Source: Octopus sinensis (Eukaryota). Taken from it: DNA of 64,000 bases. The stretch lies in NCBI RefSeq assembly GCF_006345805.1, contig NC_043004.1, positions 23,498,001 to 23,562,000 on the forward strand, read 5' to 3'. Below are positions 27,396 to 41,150 of this stretch, piece by piece. Every line of letters begins with the position of its first letter. Position 1 is the stretch's first letter. Below the pieces are notes generated by a model. That model saw only the letters and a program-made list of their open reading frames with translations, was not told the DNA's origin and did not search any database. The translations under genes and the position numbers were made by a program.

Positions 27396-28448
27396 ATGTC
27401 ATTCTCTTACCGACTCTCTCTCCCCCTCTCTCTCTGATATGCATGTGTGTGTGTCAGTGTTTGTACATATATGTGTGTGTGTGTATAAATATATATATAT
27501 ATATACACATGTATATATATGTGCACATACACAAACACGCACACACGTATGTATGTATAGAACTATGTGTGACATGCAGGTGTCGCTATGTTGTAAGAAG
27601 TTTTTTTCCCAACAACATGGATCTGGGTTCAGTCCCACTGCATGTCACCTCAGGCAAGTGTTTTCTACTATAGCAACAGGCTGATCAAAGCCTTGTGAGT
27701 GAATTTGGTAGATGGAAACTAAAAGAAGCCCATCATATAAGTATGATATAAATATGATATATATATATAGATAGATAGATAGATATAGATATGCATGTAT
27801 TTTTCTGAGTGTGTGAATGTTTTTGTCTCCTTGTCTTGTCATCATGTGATAGTTATAAAACGATTGCTCTTGTTGTATAAGTAGTGGCATTCATTTCCAA
27901 TATTCTGCAAAAACATGTCAAGGTACCGGGAAATATTACCTAACTTGGAAACAAGTGAGATGATAACAAGATGGTGACAGGAAGGACTTTGAAAAATCTG
28001 CTGCAATAGACTCTTGTTGACCCTTGCAAGTATGGAAAAGCAAATATTAAAACACAATGGTGATGATTGTGATGATATATATATATAAATATAAGGGCAT
28101 ATTAGGGAGGGGAGCCCCCCCCCCCAGATATGCCCCATTCGAGAAGGGTGTTGAAAAGTTAAAGTATGCTAGAAGGACAAGCACAGGTGTCTTGCAACAG
28201 AGGAGATACATGGCTACCCCACATTACATAAGGGTGAATACTAATAACTGGGGAGAAGTTGAAGAAGGGCAGGCATGCTGCATGGTAAAAAGCTTGCTTT
28301 CCAACTACATGGGTCTTGGTTCAGCCCAACTGTGTGACACCTTGGACAAATGTTTTCTACTATAGCTTTGGGCCAACCAAAGACTTGTGAGAGGATTTCA
28401 TAGAGAGAAATTGAAAGAAGCTCGTTGTGTGTGTACGTGTGTGTTTGT

Positions 28449-28519
<71 letters not shown>

Positions 28520-28679
28520 TGTGTGTGAGTGAGTGTGTATGCCTTTGTGCTTGTGTTTGTCACCAATCGCCACTTGGCAACTAGTGCTGGTGTGTTGATA
28601 TCTCTGTAACTTAGCAGTTTGGCAAAAGAGACCAATATAAAAATTCCTGGCTTAAGAAAATAAGCACTGGTATAAGTAC

Positions 28680-29100
28680 AGGTATCCATGATTGAGACCT
28701 TTTTGTGCCCAGCCATTCAAAGTAGACCCCACACATGGTTCCAGCAAGAAGGGGCAACTGCTCATACTGCTTTTGAAATAATGCAGTTGCTATGGCAGTG
28801 CTTTGGAGAGAGAATAATCCCCTGCTATGGCAATATCAACTGGCCTTCATGCTCCCCAGATTTGACTAGCCAGGATTTTTTCTTGTAGGGATACCCGAAA
28901 GAAAGGGTTTACGTCAACAAACTGGAGATCCTGGTGCAACTGAAGAAGAACATCAATAGAGAAATCAGAGAAGTGGGCGGGGGGAACTCTTGAAGGTGTT
29001 ATGGTGCAAATTTTGGAAAGAGCACAAGCATGCAAAGCCGAAAATGGCTGTCATTTAAGTGATGTCATTTTTCATATGTGATGTGGTGGTGTTGCAAAAT
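28680..29100 (+). mobile_element. Tc1/mariner DD41D (rosa-type) transposase C-terminal remnant
   Basis: ORF WFQQEGATAHTA..FGERII..INWPSCSPDLTSQDFFL*GY.KERVYVNK. There are 41 residues between the second catalytic position (D mutated to E) and the third D. Confidence 0.88.
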
Positions 29101-29322
29101 TTGACTTGTCCAGATTAGTTTCCATTATGTCCTTTATATTGTATCAAAATTTCATGCATTTATTTGTAAAATTAAGGAAGTCTTTAAAAATTGAAACACG
29201 TCAGTGACTGAATATACATACATACATGCACACACACACATAAATATTATATGTACACAGACATACGAATGTGTATATATAGATGTATTTTCAGATAAGT
29301 ATGTATACATATACATACATAT

Positions 29323-29394
<72 letters not shown>

Positions 29395-29399
<5 letters not shown>

Positions 29400-29592
29400 A
29401 TCCAAACAAGAAAGCATGAAAAAACACAACAACACGAGGACATGGAACAAATATGATATTATTGGACACTCAGGAAAGAAGGAGGGTTTAACGTTTCAAG
29501 CGGAGCTCTTCATCAGTAACATAGGAGAAGGAAAGATCCAGAGAAGGGAAGACAGAGGAAAAAAAATCGCCAACGGTACACACAGAGTCATA
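29395..29592 (-). mobile_element. Penelope-like non-autonomous repeat carrying a hammerhead motif (second copy at 44648-44860)
   Basis: The two copies align (aaaacacaacaac.cg.ggac.tggaacaa...aaaaaaatcgccaacggtacacac). The minus strand carries CTGAYGA-stem-GAAACGTT. Confidence 0.65.
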
Positions 29593-32499
29593 TATCTTGT
29601 GCTAATGCTGCATTAAAAGTATCCATGCTAGTGTCACACACAAAGCACCTATGTTGGTACCAGGTAAAAATTCCCTTATGCCAGCATCACATAAAATACC
29701 ACTCATCCCTAACACACATAGGATGCATCCGTGCTGGCACCATGTAAGAAGCATCCAGTACACTTTGTAGAGTGGCTGGCATTAGGAATGACACCCAGCT
29801 ATACAAACTATACAAAAATGGACGACTAGAGCCTTGTGCAGCTCTCTAGTTGCACTTTGAGCAGGTGTCTTCTACTAGAGCCTTGGGTTGAAGCCTTGTA
29901 AGTGAATGTGGCAGAAAGAAACTGAAAGGTAGACAGAAACTGAAGGTGGAGAGCTGGCAGAAACGTTAGCACGCCAAGCAAAAGGATTAGTGGTATTTCA
30001 TCTGCCGCTACATTCTGAGTTCAAATTCCACCGAGGTCGACTTTGCATTTCATCCTTTCAAGGTCGATAAATTAAGTACCAGTTCTGTACTGGGGTCGAT
30101 GTAATTGACTTAATCCATTTGTCTGTCCTTGTTTGTCCCCTCTGTGAGTAGCCCCTTGTGGGCAGTAAAGAAATAAGAAACTGAAAGAAGCCTTTTGTGT
30201 ATATGTGTGTGTGAATATATATATGTGCATATGCCTTTGTGCCTATGTTTGTCTCCTCCACCACTACCACCACTTGACAACCGGTGCTGGTGTGCTTATG
30301 CCCCTCCATTTAGCAGTTCAACAAAAGAGACTGATAGAATAAGTACGAGGCTTTAGAAAAAAGAAAAGTCCTGGAGTCAATTCATTCAACTAAAAATTCT
30401 TCAAGGTAGAGTCCCAGCATGGTCACAGTCAAATGACTGAAAAAGTAAAAGACATGTATGTACATGTACATACTTATATGCATATATATTTGTATGTATA
30501 TATACATATATATATATAATATATATATAGTCAATCTACTTGAATGCACATGCGTGCACACACACACACACACACATACATAAACATATATATATGTATG
30601 TTTGTATGTAAAATTCATCAAGCCCCGTAAATGGTACTCATGTGCCAGTGGCACTTAAAAAGCATCCATTATACTCTTGGAGTGGTTGGCATTAGGAAGG
30701 GCAGCCAGCTGTAGAAAGCATGCCAAACCAGACTGGAACTTGGTGCAGCTCTCCTGCTTACCAGTTCCAGTCAAATCATCTAACCCATGCCAGCATGGAA
30801 AGTGAACATTAAATGTTGATGATGATGATGTGTTTATATGTGTGTTTACGTATGTATGTATGTATGTATGTATGTATGTGTGTATGTATGTATGTATGTG
30901 TGTCACATAAAAAGTCACATTCGATCACAGCACCAATAACAGTTAAGCTTCATGCAATGGCCATACTCGATAACGAGGAGGCAGCCATCATATATGTATG
31001 TATACATGGATATACATACATTTCTTTTTATATATACCCAGGCCTATCCCCCATGTTTTTAGGAGTGTGTAGCCAAAACAGGACACGCACCAGGCATTCC
31101 TTTCATTTCCCACCTCAAAGGGACAAGCTCTGTTCTATGCTCAGGTCAATGCATAGAATGCAATTCCCAATACCAGCATATATGCATACATATATACATA
31201 TATATGTATGTATGCATGTACGTGTATATATATGTATGTATTTCAGAGATGGCTTTTGATCATACCTTTTACAGACACTGAAGTATAAATAGGATCACAC
31301 GAGACAGCATGATAGTGTGGCAGTGATAGCTTTCAATGTTGTTTAACCTCAGATCAACTCAAAGGCATTCCACCTTTAACTATCTTATTTTTCTATTTAT
31401 ATATTTTTCCGACACCATATATCTAGAACTATGACAAATAATAAATGCGCCCTTTTAAAGCCTAGCCAGGCTCAGGGACCCGGTATCAATGGTGTATGTG
31501 TTCCCCAGCTGGATGGGACACCAGTCCATCGCAGCGTTACTCATTTTTGCCAGCTGAGTGGACTGGAGCAACGTGAAACGAAGTGTTTTGCTCAAGAACA
31601 CAACACGTCGCCCAGTCCAGGAATCAAAACCATAATCTTATGATTATGATGCTGACACCCTAACCACTAAGCCACACACCTCCACATATCTAGAACTATT
31701 GATATAGAATTTCTCACTTTTAAGCTGGTGGGTCATGTTTGGAGTGAGATTTGGAGTCTTGTACAATAATGTTTGATATCCTATTCTTGTGACGTGTCTA
31801 TACATATCTCTTATAATTAATATGGTAAATTAGGTGGCGAGCTGGCACAATCGTTAGCATGCCAGGTGAAATGAATAGCAACATTTTGTCCATCTTTACA
31901 TTCTGAATTTAAATTCCACTGAGGTCAACTACGTCTTTCATCCTTTCAGAGTCGATAAATCAAGTACCAGTGACATACTGGGGTCAATGTAATCGACTTG
32001 TCCCCTCCCCCAAAATTTCAGGCCTTGTGCCTATAATCGTTGTTGTTGTTGTTGTTGTTAGTGCTGTAATTCATATGGTAAATACAAGGAAGATTGTTTC
32101 ATTAAGGTGTAATAATACTAAGAACATTTCCAGAGTTGTAAGCCTTGCTTATTTATAAAACATTAAAATATTATTTTGTCATTGAACTAAAGTTTCTTAT
32201 TGTCATCATATAAGTATAATTAATTAGTTCAATAATTAACAACTGATATATTTTGTACATCTTTATGTAAAGCATGAAGACATTGACTGGACTGTTGAGA
32301 TTTGCCTGTCGTGTGTACAAAGTGAATGAGTCAGCAACTGCACTGACAGCAACAACAGCAACAACAACAACAAGGATGACGATAACAACAGCATCAACAG
32401 CAGTACACACATACTTACATACAAACATGCATACATACATTTATTCAGTCTTGTTTTCGTTGTCGCTGCAGACAAGCTCTAGAATGTGTTGACAGAAGG

Positions 32500-32535
<36 letters not shown>

Positions 32536-33129
32536 CTAAATGGTTTATGTCCCCTATCTCTGACAGAGTGGTCCTCCATCAAATACACTCATCCAGACGC
32601 TCTCTGCTTGAACTCTCTCTCTCACTCTCTCCTTTCTTCCTTTCTTCCTTTCTTTCTTTCTTTCTTTCTTTCTCACACGATCACACCACCTCTCTCTCTC
32701 TCTTCTCTCTCTCTCTCTCACAAGCACACACACACACACACACACAACACACACACACACACAAACACTTCTGCCTCCCACACTTTTCAGTTAGTTGTGT
32801 TTCTAAATTTAGCAACAAACTGGAATCTTGCATCAATCGATACAACAGCAACAACAACAATAACAACAACAACAACAAGCAAATAACTGCTGGTAAAATG
32901 GTTGTCTGTCTGTCTGTCTGTCTGACTGTTTGGTTAGTTGGTTTTGGGGTGGGTGATTTCTATGTAAAAATGGATATAACAAGAAATACATCTAAGTGGT
33001 GGTGGTGGTGGTGGCGGTGGCAGCAGCAGTAGCAGTGGTGGCGGTGGTGGTGATACATAGTGAAAGGATGTGTCTGACTCCTGACTCCGCCACATCCTAT
33101 CTACTTCAAACTTATTTGCTACAGACGTG

Positions 33130-33175
<46 letters not shown>

Positions 33176-33959
33176 ATATATATATGGATGTATATATGCA
33201 TACACACACACTTGTCAGGATGCTGAACTTCAAAAAGAATTGACAGAGGAATGCAACAAGTGGCAGGATGCAATGTGGAAGAGCATCTGTACAAACCAAC
33301 CCGACCCAACACATGTGAACATTGAAAAGTAGATGCAAAAAAAAATTTATGAATCTCTATGTATGTATAGTATAGAGAGAAACATTTAGGTACACATAAA
33401 CATATATATAGTTATACATATATGCATATTTACACACACAGAAATGGGAAGGAGTGTAGCACGTAATATCATTATCATCATCATCATCATCGTTTAACGT
33501 CTGCTTTCCATGCTAGCATGGGTTGGACGATTTGACTGAGGACTGGTGAACCAGATGGCTGCACCAGGCTCCAATCTGATCGGGCAGAGTTTCTACAGCT
33601 GGATGCCCTTTCTAACGCCAACCACTCTGAGAGTGTGGTGGGTGCTTTTACATGCCAACACACACACACACATATATATATATATACATACACAGGGAAG
33701 TGTGTAGCATGTAATATTGATATATAATACATACATACATACATACATACATACATACATACATACATACATACATACGTACATACGTACATACGTACAT
33801 ACGTACATACATACATACATACACACACACATATATATATATCATTATTTTTTACTAGTTTCATTTCAAGAGCTTTGGCCATGCTAAAGCACTACCATTA
33901 ACTTCACTACACTTTCACTTCTTGAAATTTAATCTGATAAGTGGCATTTGGAGAATGTG

Positions 33960-34256
33960 AGATTTTGATCTTGCTTTCCTCATCTGCAGTTCCTACCATG
34001 AGGAGGGTTCATCTGGAACTTTTACCAGGCAGAAATTCGGTTTTGCTTTGGAAACACATTCATTCACCCCATGCACATTTCTTGGGCTTTTTGGAAGGAT
34101 ACTGAAGAGCTGTGGGCCCTTGAAACTTAGGCTATTGCAGTATCTGGTCCTGTATCTTGATGGTGACAGTGGAATCATTTGCATTACACAATGACACTCC
34201 ATTCTGGCATTTATGTAACTTTCAATGGCAAAGTTTGGTACCAGGATTTGCCATAT
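33960..34256 (-). mobile_element. Non-LTR retrotransposon ORF2 C-terminal remnant (CR1/L2/Jockey group, clade uncertain)
   Basis: WQILVPNFAIESY..RMECHC...RYRTRYCNSLSFKGPQLFSILPKS.RN.HG...FCLVKVPDEP. The G..LFN.LP...R and VPDEP motifs are typical of LINE ORF2 ends. Confidence 0.75.
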
Positions 34257-34372
34257 GGTTCCAGGTTCAGTTTCATCTAGTGACACCTTGGGCAAGTGTC
34301 TTCTACTATAGTCATAGGTTGACCAAAGCCTTGTGAGTGGATTTGGTAGATGGAAACTGAAAGAAGCCCATC

Positions 34373-34408
<36 letters not shown>

Positions 34409-34754
34409 GAATGAGTAGACAAATGAAAGAAGAGAACTCAACACATTTACTGAGAATTATATTCAGACCCCAATGGCTGAAGACTAGCCACATACTTGAA
34501 ACTCAGAGTATCAAGGAGTGTGAATCAAACTGTTTTGATCTATATATATGTATGTGTGCATTTATGTATGTATGTATGTATGTATGTATGTATGTATGCA
34601 TGCATGTGTGCATGTGTGTATGTCTGTCTGTATGTATGTATGTATGTATATGTGTGCTTTCAAAAACTTTTCAACTACAGAAGTAGGTCACTATGACAAT
34701 ATGACATAAATGCTGTAACCAAATATACAACTGATCGTGGCACATGCACACACA

Positions 34755-34792
<38 letters not shown>

Positions 34793-35189
34793 ACACACAC
34801 ACAGGGTCATACACATACACGTATGTAAATTAAAAGCAATGTATCAGGTAAGGACATGAAAGAAAGTAACAATAATGTATGAAGTGATTATACGATATGT
34901 GTATAATTACTAGATAGAATGTGCAGTTACAGTATGTCTGTGTGTGTGTGTATGTATGTATATATATATATATATATACATATATATAAATATATATGTA
35001 TGGATATATATCATGCTCACATGGACAACCCCACTCCCATCCTTTTGACTGTTTTGAAGTACCCGATTCCCGAATCCCTCTCTTCCATTAGATTACGGCA
35101 CCTTATTCATTCGGAGTATGCCATTTCTGCACCTTTGATTGTGAATTGTGTGTGTATATATATATATATGTATGTATGTATATATGCAT

Positions 35190-36050
35190 ATATGGGTACA
35201 GGACATCACCAATGTTGCAAATAACATGAAATACATAAACAGTGAGAAAAAATGGGAAACAGGACAAGTGAACACAGAGAATGGACCCTTCATCAGTAGT
35301 CAGCTGTCTATCTATTCTACATTTCGAGCATTCATTGACAATATGAGTCTTCAATGACAGTTGCTCCCATAAATTCTAAAATATAATTTAGGATTTATGA
35401 AGGGTCAAGTAAGTTTATCTTCACCTTTTTGATGCCACTCTCTACTCTATACTGTTTACTTCCTCCATCCTTCTCTAATGCTCTTTTTCTCCCCCTCCCT
35501 CCTTCACTGTTTTCTATCTGTCTCTCTCCCCTTCCTCTTTTTCTCCCTCTCTTTCTCATTGCTCACACGTGACCATCGTCCATCTTTCTTTTCCTCCCAT
35601 GACCATCTTTCTTTTCCTGCACAGCATCAAAACGAGCAGACATGTATTTCTCTCTCTTATATCTTTTCTCTTTTCAAAATCTTTTCCTCCAAGCTTTCAC
35701 TATTTTCCTTTCATTCTGGTCTAACAACACTCCATGTTTGTTTTTGTTTGGTTCCTTGTATGTCTCTACTGTCGTTTTTTTGTTCCCAACTTTGAACCAC
35801 CATAAATCCTAAATGTTATTTTAGAATTTATGGGAGCAACTGTCTTTGAAGACTCATAATGTCGTTGAATGCTTGAAATGAGGAGTAGATAGACAGCCAA
35901 CAACTGATGAAGGGTCCTTTCTCTGTGTTAACTTGTCCTGTTTTCCATTTTTTTTTCGTTGCTTACATATTTTACTCTTTTTCCCTCGTTTGTTTACATA
36001 TTTCATGTTATTTGCACCATTGGTGATGTCCTGTACCCATATATGGATGT
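35190..36050. mobile_element. Fold-back element: ~220-260-bp inverted arms around a pyrimidine-rich spacer
   Basis: atatgggtacaggacatcaccaat...atttaggatttatg (35190-35400) is the reverse complement of cataaatcctaaat...attggtgatgtcctgtacccatat (35800-36050). Confidence 0.85.
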
Positions 36051-36059
36051 ATATATATA

Positions 36060-38132
36060 TATATATATATGAGGTGAATAAGAAAATGGAGAGAATATAA
36101 AATCGACAAACATGAGCTAGTAAACATTCCATTATATCTATTTATTAAATGATAACAAACATGTGTTTAAGTGGAACAAGTAAATGAATGAGATCAGCCA
36201 ATAAATACATAAACAGATATATATATATATAGAGAGAGAGATGAAGGAATAATAGTAGATGAGTGTACAGCTACAAATCACTTACGGCCGTTTCTACCAT
36301 GAGGCCTCAGACTCCTCCAAGTCATCCTCATCGTGTCAATGATATACAGAGATGAACAAATATTGGACAGATATTGGGTAATAGTTGAGCCTCAAGGCTT
36401 CTTTCAGAGAGTACAAATGTTAGGAAATTAACTATGTGGGAAATTCAGTTAAAATAATAGAGTAGGGTAAATAAGATATGATAGAGTGTAACAGGTAAAA
36501 ATTAAAAAATAATGTAATGTAGTGTAATGTAGTTATTTAAAAATAATGTAATGTAGTGTAATGTAGTATTTAAAAAATAATGTAATGTGTAGTGTAATGT
36601 AGTTATTTAAAAATAATGTAATGTAATGTAGTGTATTTAAAAAATATGTATGTAGTGTAATGTAGTGTATTTAAAAAAAATGTAATGTAATGTAATGTAG
36701 TGTATTTAAAAAATAATGTAATGTAGTGTAATGTAGTGTATTTAAAAAATAATGTAATGTAATGTAGTGTATTTAAAAATAATGTAATGTAGTGTAAGTA
36801 GTGTATTTAAAAAATATGTAATGTAGTGTATGTAGTGTATTTAAAAAATAATGTAATGTAGTGTAATGTAGTGTATTTAAAAAATAATGTAATGTAGTGT
36901 AATGTAGTATTTAAAAAATAATGTAATGTAGTGTAATGTAGTGTATTAAAAAATAATTAATGTAGTGTAATGTGTGTATTTAAAAAATAATGTAATGTAG
37001 TGTAATGTAGTGTATTTAAAAAATAATGTAATGTAGTGTAAGTGTATTTAAAAAATATGTAATGTAGTGTAATTAGTGTATTTAAAAAAAATGTATGTAA
37101 TGTAATGTAGTGTATTTAAAAATAATGTAATGTATGTAATGTAGTGTATTTAAAAATAATGTATGTAGTGTAATGTAGTGTATTTAAAAATAATGTAATG
37201 TAGTGTAATTAGTGTATTTAAAAAATAATTAATGTAGTGTAATGTAGTGTATTTAAAAAATAATTAATGTAGTGTAATGTGTGTATGTAGTGTATTTAAA
37301 AAATAATGTAATGTAGTGTAATGTAGTGTATTTAAAAAATAATGTAATGTAGTGTAATGTAGTGTATTTAAAAAATAATGTAATGTAGTGTAATGTAGTG
37401 TATTTAAAAAATAATGTAATGTAGTGTAATGTAGTGTATTTAAAAAATAATGTAATGTAGTGTAATGTAGTGTATTTAAAAAATAATGTAATGTAGTGTG
37501 TAATGTAGTGTATTTAAAAAATAATGTAATGTAGTGTAATGTAGTGTATTGAAAAATGTAATGTAATGTAGTGTAATGTAGTGTATTTAAAAAATAATGT
37601 AATGTAGTGTAATGTAGTGTATTTAAAAAATAATGTAATGTAGTGTAATGTAGTGTAATGTAGTGTAATGTAGACATGGTAAGGAAAAGTAAGAACTTTT
37701 CCTTATCATGGGTTTAACGGTATGATCCATGCTACAGGGATAGCATTGACCATACCATTAAACCCACCACATAGCATAGTACCTTCACTATTTCCCTCAG
37801 TATAATGGAAACATGATGTAAACCGCAGCCTACAGATATATCTCCTGAGAGTGATTTTACTTACTACAGAATGGAATACCATGGATTATGATATAATCTC
37901 AATCTATTACATTACATTACATTATTTTTTATTTTTACCTATTTTACTTTGTCTTGTCTTATCTACCCTATTCTTTTATTCTAACTGAATTTCCCACATG
38001 TAAATTTCCTAACATTTCTACTCTCTGAGGAAGCCTTGAGGCTCAACCATTACCCAATTTCTGTCCAATGCTTGTTCATCTCATGTGTTTAAGTAGTACA
38101 AGTAAACAAATGAAATCACCAATAATGCGTAA

Positions 38133-38186
<54 letters not shown>

Positions 38187-38510
38187 AAGTGAGTCGAATG
38201 AATAATAATAGATGAGTGTACAGCTACAAATCACTTACGGCCATATGTCACTGACACGATGAGGATGACTCAGAGGAGTCTGAGACCTCATGGTAGAAAC
38301 GGACGTAAGTGATTTGTATCTGTACACTCATCTATTATTATTCATTCTTCTCTCTCTATATATATATCTGTTTACGTATTTATTGGCTGATCTCATTCAT
38401 TTACTTGTACTACTTAAACACACATTTGTTACCACTTAATAAATAATGGCATGTTTACTGGCTGATTTTTGTCAATTTTATATCCTCTCCATTTTCTTAT
38501 TTGCCTTATA
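36060..38510. mobile_element. Large fold-back element whose inverted arms enclose a satellite
   Basis: 36060-36340 pairs with 38250-38508, and 36345-36520 pairs with 37905-38080. Confidence 0.85.
36510..37675 (+). repeat. 36-bp satellite (tgtaatgtagtgtaatgtagtgtatttaaaaaataa), about 30 copies
   Basis: Directly visible. It produces the spurious 12-aa repeat ORF at 37264-37677. Confidence 0.97.
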
Positions 38511-38675
38511 AGTATTGGGTAAAATTTCCAATTTACCCCACTCATACCTAGTATTCAATTGCAATATTGGCATGCAATAGTAAGCAGTTGGTTAAAAATA
38601 TGTAGGTACAGATCCAGTAGTATATTGTATATTTAATATCCCTTAGATAGTTTATTAACATCTAACTCATATAGC

Positions 38676-38713
<38 letters not shown>

Positions 38714-38875
38714 CATATACACATACATATACACATACATACATGCATACACACACACACACACACACATATATACATACATACATACATATATACATAT
38801 ATTTTTTCATTATTCATTTTATCTAGTTTCAGCTCACGAGCTGTGGCCATGCTGGGGCCATATATATATATATAT

Positions 38876-38922
<47 letters not shown>

Positions 38923-39915
38923 CATATATATATTATACATACATATATATATATATATACATACATATATATATATACATATATATATACATATAATACA
39001 TATATATATATACATACATATTATATATATATATATATTATATATATATATATATTATATATACATACATATGGGGGAGGCACATGGCCAAGTGGTTTGA
39101 GCAGTGGACTTGCGGTTGAGGGATCGCGGGCTCGAATCTCAGACCGGGTGATGTGTGTGTTTATGAGTGAAACATCTAAGCTCCATGCAGCTCCGGCAGA
39201 AGGTTATGGCGAAACTTCTGCTGACTCTCTTGCCACAACTTTCTCTCACTCTTTCCTCCTGCATCTTGCTGCTCACCTGCGACAGACTGGCGTCCTGTCC
39301 AGGTGGGGCAACTATATGCCAAGAAACCGGGAAACTGGCCCTTATGTGCCAGGCATGGCTCGAGAAGGAACAAACAATACATACATATACATATACATGC
39401 ATACATAAACATACATATACATGCATGCATGTACATACATACATATACATGCATGCATATACATACATATACATACATATGCATACATACATACATACAT
39501 ATATGCACACAGGCATATATAGGTATATGCATATATACAAATATAGGTGTATATTTGTTGCTATGCTAAGAGATGGTGCACAGTACCAGAATTTTCGACT
39601 TGAGTTAAATATAACAAACTGCATTGTTAGACTATCCTCATAAGAGAATATTCATCAATAACATGGATAAATACACACACACATATACACATGCATATAT
39701 ATATACATACACACACATATATGCATACATACATACAGATACACATACATACACACACATGCATATATTATACACATATATATATATCTATATACAACTT
39801 ATAAATAAGGGCAAACGAAAAAATTTCTAATGCCAAATATGCAGAAAATTGGACATATTGTCCACTACCATATAATTTTTCACAATACGCACGCTACTCG
39901 AAAAAAGCCAACAGA

Positions 39916-39946
<31 letters not shown>

Positions 39947-41150
39947 ATAGGTATATCTGCTGCTGTATGGTTGAGAAGCTTGTTTCCCAACCGTGTGATC
40001 TTTGGTTCAGTCCCACTGCATGGAACTCTAGGACAAGTGCCTTCCACTATATTCCTGGGCTGACCAATGCTTTATCAGTGGATTTGGTATATGCATTTAT
40101 GTGTCTGTATGTCTTTGTGTTTGTGTTAGGTTTGTCTCTTTGACAATCAGTGTTAGTTTGTTTACATTTCCATAACCCAGTGGTTTGGCGAAAGAGACTG
40201 ATAGAATAAGCATCAGCTTAAAAAAAAAAAATAGTTCTGGGGTTTATTTGTTCAACTAAACTCTTCAACATGGTGCCCCAGGATGGCCTCTGTCCACTGA
40301 TTGAAAGAAGTAAAAGATGAAAATAAAGATGTGTGTGTGTGTATGTGTGTAGTTACTATGTCTTTCCTAAAGACATAGTAACTACACACTATACATACAC
40401 ACACACACACACACACCTTTATTTTATCTCTCTCTCTCCCTCTCTGAGAGAGAGATTGGGTGCGTATATGGTGTAGACAGTAATCATCATCACCATCATC
40501 GTTGTTGTCGCTTAATGTCCCTCTTCCATGCATGCCTGGGTAGGATGGTTGACAGGAGCTGGCTAGGTAGAAGACTGCCCCAGGCTACTGTGTCTGTTTT
40601 GGCAGGGTAATATTAACAAATAATATTGGTTTCAATTTTGGCACAAGGCCAGCAAATTCACAGAAGGCTGTGAATCAATCACATCAACCCCAGTACTCAA
40701 CTTGTACTTATTTCATTGACCCTGAAGGATGAATGGCAAAGATGACTTTGGTAGTATTTGAACACAGAGCATAAAATCAGAAGAAATGCTGCTTAGCAAT
40801 TTTTCTTATTTCTTTACTGCCCACAAGGGGCTACACACAGAGGGGACAAACAAGGACAGACATCCAGCTGTAGAAACATTGCCAGATAAGACTGGAGCCT
40901 GGTGCAGCCTTCTGGCTTCCCAGATCCCCGGTCGAACCGTCCAACCCATGCTAGCATGGAGAACGGACGTTAAACGATGATGATGATGATGATGATGATG
41001 ATTTTATCTCATGTTTTAGTGATTGTACCAATTGAACTCAACGACAAGTGTTACTACATGAAGCATGGTGGAGCTTCCATGTGCTTGCTCAACCTGTTGG
41101 AAATTAGAAATAGTAGCCAAATCTTCCTCATGATAACATCTTATTACAAT

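Noticed and set aside
36510-37675. CRISPR-like regularly spaced repeats
   Set aside because: Head-to-tail monomers with no unique spacers, no cas genes, and a eukaryotic intronic context.
37264-37677. 137-aa ORF with a 12-aa repeat (HYTTLHYFLNTL)
   Set aside because: Translation of the 36-bp satellite.
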